Source: Candidatus Altimarinota bacterium (GTDB lineage: Bacteria > Patescibacteriota > Gracilibacteria > UBA1369). From it: a stretch of DNA of 32,000 nt. Below, piece after piece: positions 1 to 8,257 of the stretch. The first letter of the stretch is position 1. Each line of letters opens with the position of its first letter. Made by a program: the position numbers and the translations under genes. Below the pieces are notes generated by a model. The model was not told the DNA's origin and made no database searches. It saw only the letters and a program-made list of their open reading frames with translations. The stretch covers positions 30,001 through 62,000 of the forward strand of contig JBAZYK010000009.1 in assembly GCA_041659405.1 (NCBI GenBank), read 5' to 3'.

Positions 1-2
1 TG

Positions 3-317
3 GAAATCATTAAAAATGCGGCAAGAAAATCGCTGCAAGGGCTAGGAAATGACATTAAAAGTTCTTTCAAAATTCCCGCCACTTCATTAAATAAAATTTA
101 TTTAACTGGCCCTGGTAGCGCAGGAAGGGCCATGTTCTTGTTGAAGATTGGGGAGGCGAAGTCCGTTTTGGTAATGATTCGAACAAAAAAGGACAAACAA
201 ATTGGTTTAAACATGACGATTAAAAATCCGAAATTTAAAAAAGCTCTCAATAAAAATTTAGGATTGATTATTGCTGACCTTGAACAAGGCAATTATCGTG
301 AGTATGAGATTGTCTAA
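3..317 (+). CDS. hypothetical protein, C-terminal fragment (5' end outside window)
   Basis: This frame is open from the window edge to TAA at 315-317. The track ORF 132..317 is only its Met-initiated tail. No family recognised from ...GRAMFLLKIGEAKSVLVMIRTKKDKQIG... Confidence 0.35.
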   Translation, partial: EIIKNAARKSLQGLGNDIKSSFKIPATSLNKIYLTGPGSAGRAMFLLKIGEAKSVLVMIRTKKDKQIGLNMTIKNPKFKKALNKNLGLIIADLEQGNYREYEIV

Positions 318-327
318 ATCATGCCAT

Positions 328-987
328 CTACCCCTTTTTTTTCCTAAACAAAACATAAGAATAAACAATCGGCACCACTGCCACCAAAATCAAAACCGCA
401 ATAGTTACAACCGCCATATTAAGTTGCAAAACCAGTGCATTTAAAAGGAAAATCAGCCCGCCAATCACAAACAATTTTCCGCCAAGGCGATTGGTTTTAT
501 TCCAAACGTCTTCATTCGACAAAGTCCATGGTGTGCGCACGCCAATCATCCAATTGCTTTTGATTTTCCCCATATAATTGCCAATAATAATAAACAGAAA
601 ACCAACCAAAACCAAAATCGCCCGGCCCATTGGAATATTGTAACCCAAAGCATAAGCGCCCGTCATAAAGTGCAGTACCGTCACAAATAAAACCACCACA
701 TTCTTAAAAACATGATAAGGTTTTTCAAATTCAACATAACGTTCTTTTTTAGGATCGATAAATGGCACCAAAAGTAAAATTCCATAACACACAGCGGTAA
801 TTGCCGGAGTCAAAAAAGCCGCAACCGCCGGCGATCCCCAGCCATTAACTTCCCCATCGATACCCCAATGAATCGGAACTGATTGCGGAAAATTCAGATA
901 AAAATAAACCGAAACAACGAACGACAATATTATTAAACTCAGCGGAAAAATTTCCTTTTTAAAATCGATTTTGAAATTAGTTTTCAT
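328..987 (-). CDS. SdpI/DUF1648-family integral membrane protein
   Basis: 219 aa with multiple TM helices. Has 'PIHWGIDGEVNGWG' (DUF1648-type N-terminus) and 'GNYMGKIKSNWMIGVRTPWTLSNEDVWNKTNRLGG' (SdpI-type signature). Confidence 0.8.
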   Translation of the reverse strand: MKTNFKIDFKKEIFPLSLIILSFVVSVYFYLNFPQSVPIHWGIDGEVNGWGSPAVAAFLTPAITAVCYGILLLVPFIDPKKERYVEFEKPYHVFKNVVVLFVTVLHFMTGAYALGYNIPMGRAILVLVGFLFIIIGNYMGKIKSNWMIGVRTPWTLSNEDVWNKTNRLGGKLFVIGGLIFLLNALVLQLNMAVVTIAVLILVAVVPIVYSYVLFRKKKG

Positions 988-1083
988 GTGAAAGTAATTA
1001 AGATTTACGTTTATCGCCTTTATTCTACATCACTTTTCGTGCTAATAAATAACTTGTCATTTATTTTCTAAGATTGGCAGTAA

Positions 1084-1878
1084 ATGTTCTGGAAACACGT
1101 CATCAAGCCAAAACCATTGCGTCATAAAAGCAGAGAAAGCATTATCATTGAAGGAAAAAGTATTCCTTTTGAGTTGGTGCGAACCGCATCTGTGCGTGGC
1201 GCGTATTTAAAAATTACCGCCACGGGTTTGGAGGTGGTCATTCCTCTTCGCTATGATTCCGCGCGTCTTTCCAAATTATTGTACGAAAAAAAATCCTGGA
1301 TTTTAAAAAATCTTCAAAAGCATGCCGAACAAAAATCACAACATCAACATTTTCAGGATGGCCTAACTCTGCCTGTTTTTGGCCAATTAAAAATTATTCA
1401 TATTTATTTAACAACCAATAAGCGCGCACGAATTCGTGAAAACGAAAACGAAATAAATGTTTTCATCCCGCAAAATTTTAAAAGTGGAAACACTGAAAGT
1501 TTTCTGCCCCATAATCCGCAAAACCTGGCCAAATCCAAGAAATTTTTAGAAATTTTACTTCGCGAAAAAAGCAAAAAATATTTTCAGGAGCGCACGCGGG
1601 AACTCGGCAAAATCATGCAAACCGATTACGGAAAAATTACCATCCGTGACCAAAAAACGCGTTGGGGAAGCTGTTCTCGCACCAATAATCTCAACTTTAA
1701 TTGGCGCCTTATTTTTATGCCGTTACCTGTTACCGACTATATTATCATTCACGAATTGGCTCACACAGTTCACCATAACCACTCCAAAAGATTTCACGAT
1801 TTGGTGGAAAAATTCTGTCCGGACTACAAAGAAAAGCGCCAATGGTTAAAGCAAAATCAGCATACAGCCAATTGGTAA
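1084..1878 (+). CDS. DUF45/YgjP-like (M48-type) metal-dependent hydrolase
   Basis: 264 aa. C-terminal 'TRWGSCS...IIIHELAHTVHHNHSKRFHDLV' carries the HExxH zinc motif in the usual YgjP context. Confidence 0.8.
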   Translation: MFWKHVIKPKPLRHKSRESIIIEGKSIPFELVRTASVRGAYLKITATGLEVVIPLRYDSARLSKLLYEKKSWILKNLQKHAEQKSQHQHFQDGLTLPVFGQLKIIHIYLTTNKRARIRENENEINVFIPQNFKSGNTESFLPHNPQNLAKSKKFLEILLREKSKKYFQERTRELGKIMQTDYGKITIRDQKTRWGSCSRTNNLNFNWRLIFMPLPVTDYIIIHELAHTVHHNHSKRFHDLVEKFCPDYKEKRQWLKQNQHTANW

Positions 1879-1929
1879 GCCCGCCACACCGCCGGACGAT
1901 AGCCCCTCATCCGCTTCGTCTCAAACCAG

Positions 1930-3210
1930 CTAATTCAATTTCACCAACTGCATCAAAATTGCCGCAACTTGTCCGCGAGTGATTGAAACATTTGGATCAT
2001 CCACCTGAAAAGTTAACAGGTTCTTTTCTTTAGCTTTAGCCATAATTCCGTCTGTCCAAAGCGTAGTTTGATTATATTCAATTCCAAACATCTTCATCAA
2101 AATTTTCAAAGCTTCAGCTATCGTAATATTTTTTTCCGGATGAAAAAGATTATCCGCATAACCCTGAATGGACTTTCCATCTTTTAAGGCGCAAACATAA
2201 GGCGCAAACCAGTTATTTTTCGTGAGCCCAACATCGGGAAAACAGTTTTGCATATTGCCGATACTTCCAACGTCCATGCGGCTAAGCAACGCCATTTTTG
2301 TAAACTCGGCCCTGTTAATATTCGCATCCGGTTTAAAGGTGCCATCGGCATATCCATCCACCATATCATTGCTCTTTAAAAACTGGATGGCGTCAGTAAA
2401 TGGATGTTTTACATCAACGTCGGTAAAGTTGGTTTTAATTCTAATATAAGCCGTTTCATCTTGAGTCAAACCATATTCATCAACCAAAACCGAAACCGGT
2501 TTATTTACATTTTGAGCAAGCCACAATAATTTTTTATTAATGACTTTAACAGTGGAATTAAAATTTGCATTTGCTTTTCCCCAGTCCTGTAGCGGCAATT
2601 GCTGCAGTTGCGTCGCGTCAATTTCTAAAAAATATTCATTTATTTTAGTAGTCGCGTCATAACGAAGTCGCAAAGTTCCCTGCAAAACTTTTTCGGCACG
2701 GTAAAGAACATCATCCAAATAACCTGCCACAGAACTGCCTTTCACCAAGGTAAATCCATTTTCATTATTTTTAAAATTATTATCAATACCTACAAAATCT
2801 GTCATTGGTAAGCCTTCACAGAAAGCCTGATAATTATTTACCATCATTTCAAAAACGCGATCGGTTGGTAATAACGCAGCCTGCTCATTGGAAATATTCA
2901 CACTGATAATTGAATTCAAAGTGGGAAAAGCATCACTCAAAGGCAATTTATCGGCCTCGCCCGTTACAGGAACAAATTCATATTGTTGATGATTTCCGAA
3001 TACTACAAAATTTTTCCTAAAACGCCCGATCAATTCTGCCTGGCCGGTATATTTTGGACCGGTACACAAATCACTCGCAGCGCCACTGGATAACGTAAAT
3101 GCCATTGCCGCTGGGACAAATGTCAGCGTTGTAGCAGCAATAAAAACAGACATCATCAACGGAGACAATGTTTGTCTTTTAAAACTGAACTGCGCTGAAT
3201 CTTTGTGCAT
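1930..3210 (-). CDS. secreted SLH-domain (S-layer homology) envelope protein
   Basis: 426 aa. Classical signal peptide (LSPLMMSVFIAATTLTFVPAAMA). C-terminal SLH repeats ('FTDV..HPFTDAIQFLKSNDMVDGYADGTFKPDANINRAEFTKMAL', 'FPDV...WFAPYVCALKDGKSIQGYADNLFHPEKNITIAEALKIL', and a third partial repeat). Confidence 0.8.
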   Translation of the reverse strand: MHKDSAQFSFKRQTLSPLMMSVFIAATTLTFVPAAMAFTLSSGAASDLCTGPKYTGQAELIGRFRKNFVVFGNHQQYEFVPVTGEADKLPLSDAFPTLNSIISVNISNEQAALLPTDRVFEMMVNNYQAFCEGLPMTDFVGIDNNFKNNENGFTLVKGSSVAGYLDDVLYRAEKVLQGTLRLRYDATTKINEYFLEIDATQLQQLPLQDWGKANANFNSTVKVINKKLLWLAQNVNKPVSVLVDEYGLTQDETAYIRIKTNFTDVDVKHPFTDAIQFLKSNDMVDGYADGTFKPDANINRAEFTKMALLSRMDVGSIGNMQNCFPDVGLTKNNWFAPYVCALKDGKSIQGYADNLFHPEKNITIAEALKILMKMFGIEYNQTTLWTDGIMAKAKEKNLLTFQVDDPNVSITRGQVAAILMQLVKLN

Positions 3211-3311
3211 AAAATTTTAATCCTCAAAGTGCTTTCTCAGCTTACCTCAAATTGCAGGCTACAAGCAAGTTGTGGTATGTTGCACGGTAGATTAATTACT
3301 AATTAAAATCT

Positions 3312-3758
3312 ATGGCTCTAAAACAACAAATTCAACAGGATATGATCGCGGCAATGAAAGCAAAAGAAGAAACCAAGGTTTCCGCTTTACGCATGCTTAA
3401 GGCTGCCATTTTAAAATTTGAAACTTCCGGTGATCGCAAAGAGGCTACAGATGAAGACGTCATGGTTTTATTAGGCAGAGAAGTTAAACAGCGCAAAGAC
3501 GCAATTGAGGGATTTAAGACGGGGAATAGACCGGAAATGGCCGCGCAGGAAGAAGCGGAAATGAAAATTCTTCAGGAATATTTACCGGCGCAACTTAGTG
3601 AAGAAGATCTCAAAAAAATCATCGCCGAAACTATTCAACAGGTTGGCGCAACTTCCAAGGCCGACATGGGTAAAGTTATGGGCGCACTCATGCCAAAAGT
3701 AAAAGGCAAAGCCGATGGCGGAATGGTTAATAAACTTGTTGGCTCCATGCTGCCATAA
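3312..3758 (+). CDS. GatB/YqeY domain protein
   Basis: 148 aa. 'LKQQIQQDMIAAMKAKEE..VSALRMLKAAI' and 'MGKVMGALMPKVKGKADGGMVNKLV' are typical of the YqeY family. Confidence 0.85.
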   Translation: MALKQQIQQDMIAAMKAKEETKVSALRMLKAAILKFETSGDRKEATDEDVMVLLGREVKQRKDAIEGFKTGNRPEMAAQEEAEMKILQEYLPAQLSEEDLKKIIAETIQQVGATSKADMGKVMGALMPKVKGKADGGMVNKLVGSMLP

Positions 3759-3800
3759 AGTTGCTCGCGGTGCACTTTTGCAAACACCATAAGAAAATTT

Positions 3801-5726
3801 ATGGGTGAAATCAATCCACAAAAAAAAGAATCTGCCACGGGCGGCGCTAGCTCTGCTCAAAATACCGGCCCATTCGTTTTTCAGGTTACCTCGGCGCTGC
3901 GCCAATTTTTGTTAGAACGATCCGGTGAAAACGGCGTAGATTTTAGTATTGGCACTCCGCCAACATCAGAAAAAATCCGTCTGCGCCAATTGGAAATGTT
4001 GCTTGGCTGTGTGGATAATCCCTTCCGTGAGGGCACCAGGGACTCTGAATTGTTTTGGAAAATAGATAAAATGATTTTTGAAATGGGCCGCTACGAAACA
4101 CCGGGCGGCCGTGATTTATTATCTCCAAATCTTCGCAAAAAATTGCCGAATGGAGTAAGCACCACCTTGATCAATGGTGGTCTAAGAAAAGCGCTTGAAC
4201 TCTGGCAAATCCTCAAACGGAAATCTCCGGAAATGAAAGAATTGGCGGAAATAAAAGACCCAATTATTGCCGGAAACGAGCACGATCTTATCCCAATTCT
4301 AACTTCTCAAACACAGATTGAGGCACTCACTCCTCTCCATTCCAATGTTATCCTTTTCAGTAACCCGCTAATGGAGCGCTGCAGTTTAACGATTTTGATT
4401 GGCCCGGCCAAAATTGTTTCGGCTATTCAAGGCCTGCACACTTCCCTTTTGGGAACGCCTTCAACGCCACAGGAAGATCTTTATGAACTTCTTTCCGATC
4501 GTGATTTTCAAAAATATTTGGAAGCCGGAGACGATTCCGAAAATGGATTTTCCGCAGGGGCGGGCATAGAAGCCGATACCGAAAAAAATGACCTCGGTGA
4601 CATGATTGGCTTTCTTTCTTTTGTTTATAGCGATCCGATTTCTGCCCTTGTAGAAGAGGCGGAAACTCTTAAGAAAAACTTTTCCAAAAAATTTCTTCAC
4701 TGTTTTTTTGAGCACCTGATCGAGCATGAAGACATTAAAATGCAATCGGGAAATGGTGGCGGAAGGCAGGCTCTCCATATTATTGAAAATCTTTTAATTG
4801 ATGAGGGCGTGGAAAATATGCTGCTTTTTAAACCTCATTGGACCTATAATAATGTCTATACTCGACTGCCATTGATTGGCTTGCCTACTGCCTCAAATGG
4901 TCAGCCGAATCTGGAAGCTCTGGAAGAAAAAATTCGGGAACTTACGCAGGATGGCGCTAAAAAAAATATCGCCCTTACTATTAATTCTCCAAACAATCCA
5001 AGTGGTGTTGTTTATTCCCAAAAAACACTTACGCAAATCCTCCAGCTTGCCGAAAAATATGGCATTTATCTGATTGATGATGCCTGCTATATCCACATTC
5101 TTCGCCAGAAAAATAATTCTGCCACAAATTCGAATTACTCAAAGGACAGCGATAACTCAGCCACGCTCTTGGACGTTGCCACTCAACTGCTGGAAAAAGG
5201 TCAGCTCGCACGCACAACTTTTAAAAAAATCTTCACAGCCGTTACAGCTTCCAAAGGGCTTGGCATGGCCGGCGCAAGACTTGGCGGGATCATCTATGCC
5301 GATGACCGTTTTACCGATCGCATTATTGAAGGATATTCTCACGAATTACCTAATATCTTGGCTTTTTATTTCGCCAATAAGTTAATGGATGATCGTCTGA
5401 GTTATCTCAAGCTTCTGCGGGAAATTAACGCCGAGGTTGACCAGCGTGTACTAAAAGTGACCTCTATTATGGATCAACATGGCATTGAATATAAAACTCC
5501 TGCCGGTGCGTTTTATCTGGAAATAAAAGTCCCTTTTTTGGCCGAAAAAGTTCCGGACATGAAAGAGTTCGCCCTAAAAATGGCGCGTGAAAAAGGTATC
5601 GCTTTTATGCCCATGGAAATTTACGGCGGTGATCAATATTCAATTCGCCTTTCTCTTGGCGGCGAAAAACAGCTGGAACAGCTGCAACAAGAAACCGAAA
5701 TTTTAATCACGCAGTTAAAGGAATAA
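3801..5726 (+). CDS. pyridoxal-phosphate-dependent aminotransferase (class I/II) with a long unassigned N-terminal region
   Basis: 641 aa. The C-terminal ~340 aa carries 'NSPNNPSGVVYS', 'YLIDDACY' and the PLP-lysine motif 'ASKGLGMAGARLGG'. I cannot assign the N-terminal ~300 aa. Confidence 0.75.
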   Translation: MGEINPQKKESATGGASSAQNTGPFVFQVTSALRQFLLERSGENGVDFSIGTPPTSEKIRLRQLEMLLGCVDNPFREGTRDSELFWKIDKMIFEMGRYETPGGRDLLSPNLRKKLPNGVSTTLINGGLRKALELWQILKRKSPEMKELAEIKDPIIAGNEHDLIPILTSQTQIEALTPLHSNVILFSNPLMERCSLTILIGPAKIVSAIQGLHTSLLGTPSTPQEDLYELLSDRDFQKYLEAGDDSENGFSAGAGIEADTEKNDLGDMIGFLSFVYSDPISALVEEAETLKKNFSKKFLHCFFEHLIEHEDIKMQSGNGGGRQALHIIENLLIDEGVENMLLFKPHWTYNNVYTRLPLIGLPTASNGQPNLEALEEKIRELTQDGAKKNIALTINSPNNPSGVVYSQKTLTQILQLAEKYGIYLIDDACYIHILRQKNNSATNSNYSKDSDNSATLLDVATQLLEKGQLARTTFKKIFTAVTASKGLGMAGARLGGIIYADDRFTDRIIEGYSHELPNILAFYFANKLMDDRLSYLKLLREINAEVDQRVLKVTSIMDQHGIEYKTPAGAFYLEIKVPFLAEKVPDMKEFALKMAREKGIAFMPMEIYGGDQYSIRLSLGGEKQLEQLQQETEILITQLKE

Positions 5727-5760
5727 ATCAATTCAACCTTTTAGGTCGTAAATTTTACCC

Positions 5761-6393
5761 ATGAAAATCTACACCAAAACCGGCGATCAAGGGCAGACCG
5801 GGCTTATGGGAGGCAAGCGCGTCAGTAAAAATTCTCCGCGAATCAAAGCCATTGGCCAAGTCGATGAGCTGAATGCCGCGCTTGGGCTTGTGCGTGCGCA
5901 CATCGATTCGTTCAATGCTTCTCCGGCGAATCTGCAATCCCAAAATCCAGCCAAAGAATGGGCCAAAGTTTCAAAAATTTTGCGCCAAATTCAGCACGAT
6001 CTTTTTAGCCTTGGTGCGGATTTGGCAACACCATCAGATTTTCCCTCACCTTCCTCCATTTCCTCCGTCGCCAACCACGCTCCCCACCCGCAAATCCCCC
6101 GCATCCATCCCGCCCAAATCAAACAACTTGAAAATTGGATCGACGAACTTGATACCAAACTTCCTCCGCTTAAGAATTTTATTTTGCCCGGTGGCAGTAT
6201 TCAGGCCGCGCACCTCCATCTTGCACGCACCATTTGCCGCCGCACCGAGCGCGCAATCATCTCTCTCCAAACCAAAGAAAAAATCAACGAGCAAATTGTA
6301 CCTTATCTAAATCGCCTTTCAGATCTTCTATTTATACTCGCCCGATTCGTCAATCAACTCCAAAAAATTACTGAAGAAAAATGGCAGGCATAA
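5761..6393 (+). CDS. ATP:cob(I)alamin adenosyltransferase, PduO/MMAB type
   Basis: 210 aa. N-terminal 'MKIYTKTGDQGQTGLMGGKRVSKNSPRIKAIGQVDELNAALG' and C-terminal 'LPGGS..AAHLHLARTICRRTERA...YLNRLSDLLFILAR' are family signatures. Confidence 0.85.
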   Translation: MKIYTKTGDQGQTGLMGGKRVSKNSPRIKAIGQVDELNAALGLVRAHIDSFNASPANLQSQNPAKEWAKVSKILRQIQHDLFSLGADLATPSDFPSPSSISSVANHAPHPQIPRIHPAQIKQLENWIDELDTKLPPLKNFILPGGSIQAAHLHLARTICRRTERAIISLQTKEKINEQIVPYLNRLSDLLFILARFVNQLQKITEEKWQA

Positions 6394-6423
6394 TGGAATT
6401 GCCCTTCCCTCTCACTTAAAAGC

Positions 6424-6451
6424 TTGACAAACCTATTATCCGCGCTACACT
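6424..6451 (+). promoter_or_regulatory. putative sigma70-type promoter for rpsP
   Basis: TTGACA (6424-6429), 16-nt spacer, TACACT (6446-6451), about 35 nt upstream of the rpsP GTG start. Confidence 0.3.
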
Positions 6452-6485
6452 AAAGCCACTTTTAGTTCATTATTCACCCAAAAAC

Positions 6486-6827
6486 GTGTTAAAAATCAGA
6501 CTCACCAGAACAGGTAAAACCGCACAAGAAAGCTTCCGCGTTGTAGTTGCAGAACATACAAACGCCGTTAAAGGCAAATTTTTAGAACTTCTTGGTCATT
6601 ATCAACCAGCCACCAAAACAAAGGCTTTGGAACTTAAAAAAGAACGCATTGAATATTGGATTAGCAAAGGTGCAAAACCTTCCAGTACTGTCGCTTCTTT
6701 ATTGAAGAAAAAAGGCTTTGGTAATATGGATCAATACATAGAAATTCGTACAAAAAGTACCAAGAAAAAGGGTGCAGAAGTTGTAGCCGCAGGCGCTCCC
6801 GCAGCTCCGGCAGCAGCCGCAAAATAA
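6486..6827 (+). CDS. rpsP: 30S ribosomal protein S16 (GTG start, Ala-rich C-terminal extension)
   Basis: 'MLKIRLTRTGKTAQESFRVVVAEH...GHYQP' is the canonical S16 N-terminus. The tail 'KKKGAEVVAAGAPAAPAAAAK' is extra. Confidence 0.9.
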   Translation: MLKIRLTRTGKTAQESFRVVVAEHTNAVKGKFLELLGHYQPATKTKALELKKERIEYWISKGAKPSSTVASLLKKKGFGNMDQYIEIRTKSTKKKGAEVVAAGAPAAPAAAAK

Positions 6828-6862
6828 TTGGTCAGACCAATTCCTCTCAATTCCTAATTCCT
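6826..6862. repeat. 7-bp perfect hairpin overlapping the rpsP stop, followed by 3 copies of AATTCCT
   Basis: AATTGGT-CAG-ACCAATT at 6826-6842. AATTCCT at 6839-6845, 6849-6855 and 6856-6862. Confidence 0.5.
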
Positions 6863-6881
6863 AATTTTTAATTAAAAAATT

Positions 6882-7169
6882 ATGGATGCAATGAAAGATG
6901 TAACTCAGGGTCCTGATCGAGATTTTGTCGAGTTTGTTGTAAAACAAATCGTCGAACATCCGGATCAGGTTGTCGTAACCAGGGCGGTTGACGAAATGGG
7001 CGTACTCATCACCTTAAAAGTGGCAAAAGAAGACATGGGTAAAATCATTGGTAAAGCCGGCCAAACGGCTAAATCATTGCGTATTTTATTGCGCGTGATT
7101 GGTTCAAAAAACAACGCTCGCGTTAATTTAAAAATCGTCGAGCCCGAAGGAGCCGAAGTTACTATCTAA
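6882..7169 (+). CDS. KH-domain RNA-binding protein (YlqC/UPF0109-like)
   Basis: 95 aa. 'KIIGKAGQTAKSLRILLRVIG' contains the GxxG KH motif. It sits in the conserved position directly after rpsP. Confidence 0.85.
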   Translation: MDAMKDVTQGPDRDFVEFVVKQIVEHPDQVVVTRAVDEMGVLITLKVAKEDMGKIIGKAGQTAKSLRILLRVIGSKNNARVNLKIVEPEGAEVTI

Positions 7170-7181
7170 CAAAAATACAAT

Positions 7182-7553
7182 ATGCCTACATCAGAGATTC
7201 CAGCAAATTCCATTCTTGGCGCCGCTCAAAGATATGACATCGTCGAAATTGTAAACAGGGGCCTTGCTTACGCCATTATTTTAGCAGGTCTTTTATCGGT
7301 TGTTTTTATTTTTATTGGCGGTATTTCTTTTATTCTTTCCGGTGGAGCCGAAGATAAAATCAAGCAGGCGGTAGGTACAATCCGTTATGCAATTATTGGC
7401 TTGGTAATAACAGTTCTTGCTGTAGTGATTGTTCAGATAGTAGGTAGATTCTTGGGGCTTGATATCATCAAGTATATCAACTTTAACGATATCATTAGCA
7501 ATATCACCACCATTACAAGTCAGGGTGGTAGCTCAAGTGGATCGCTTAATTAA
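7182..7553 (+). CDS. small two-TM membrane protein, TrbC/VirB2-like (T4SS-pilin-type)
   Basis: 123 aa. 'LLSVVFIFIGGISFILSGGAEDKIKQAVGTIRYAIIGLVITVLAVVIVQIV' has the helix-loop-helix pattern (hydrophobic-GG-x-S-G-x-x-x-K-hydrophobic) that I recognise from VirB2/TrbC-type pilins common in CPR genomes. Confidence 0.5.
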   Translation: MPTSEIPANSILGAAQRYDIVEIVNRGLAYAIILAGLLSVVFIFIGGISFILSGGAEDKIKQAVGTIRYAIIGLVITVLAVVIVQIVGRFLGLDIIKYINFNDIISNITTITSQGGSSSGSLN

Positions 7554-7572
7554 GCGAGTCCCCTTTTAAAAA

Positions 7573-8154
7573 TTACCTCACGTTCAAGATTCCCCGTATG
7601 ATATGTTGCCAATCATATGGGAATTTAAAAGTTTCAACCGCGCGGCCCAAAGCCAAAAAAATAGCCCATGGATTAAGGCTGTCAAATGTAAAACTGTTTC
7701 CCGTTTCTTCGTTTGGGCGATAATTTTCAAGCAAAGTGGATTTTTCCGCGCCCACAGGCACAACTCCATTTTCAAAAAGTTCCTGGACCATGGCTTGATG
7801 TTCTTCAAAAATCAGCCCAAGATCCGCTGCCATTAAATATTGCGCTTTATTTTTAGCAGCGCTTTTCCCAGATTTGAATTGAGACAAATTGACCCAACCT
7901 ATTTTGCCCTTTTCTAAATTATTTGGAGCTTCATGTTCACTTAGAACCACTACTCGCATCGGCAAAATTAAAAGTCCCTGCAATAATTCGGCAAAAACTT
8001 TAATTTGATTTCTATGCTCTGTTGGAGGCAAAACTACCAAAACCGCCTGATCATCTTTTTTCCTGGCATCTTTCTGGGGCCAGAAGTTGGCAAGAATTTG
8101 CTTCTTGGCAAGTTTCTTCTGTTCGATCAGTTTTTGCAATTCAGTGCGGCCCAC
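7573..8154 (-). CDS. glycogen-synthase-like GT-B C-terminal-half protein (degenerate)
   Basis: 193 aa. 'YLMAADLGLIF...NGVVPV...GNSFTFDSLNPWAIFLALGRAVETFKFPYDW' parallels the GlgA C-terminal domain (..GADV.LVPSRFEPCGL..G..P.V...GF.F...N.W.L..A..RA...W). The SRFEPCG catalytic stretch is replaced and there is no N-terminal Rossmann half. Confidence 0.5.
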   Translation of the reverse strand: MGRTELQKLIEQKKLAKKQILANFWPQKDARKKDDQAVLVVLPPTEHRNQIKVFAELLQGLLILPMRVVVLSEHEAPNNLEKGKIGWVNLSQFKSGKSAAKNKAQYLMAADLGLIFEEHQAMVQELFENGVVPVGAEKSTLLENYRPNEETGNSFTFDSLNPWAIFLALGRAVETFKFPYDWQHIIRGILNVR

Positions 8155-8257
8155 AGGTATTCTGGAAGAAAATATTATCTAACCATTATAGCAAAAAAAT
8201 CCCGAAAATGCTAGTATCCGGGCGCTCACGGTTTCTAAGTCTCTTTCTTCGAAATTA

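Noticed and set aside
3867-3887. 'GPFVFQV' near the aminotransferase N-terminus resembles the RLVFQ head motif.
   Set aside because: It lies 23 residues into an unrelated protein without the MK-x-hydrophobic first segment. A single 4-5 residue match is most likely coincidence.
5873-6310. 145-aa alternate-frame ORF within the adenosyltransferase gene, with a proline-rich translation.
   Set aside because: It overlaps a confidently identified CDS in another frame. It is an artefact of the P/S-rich insertion's codon composition.
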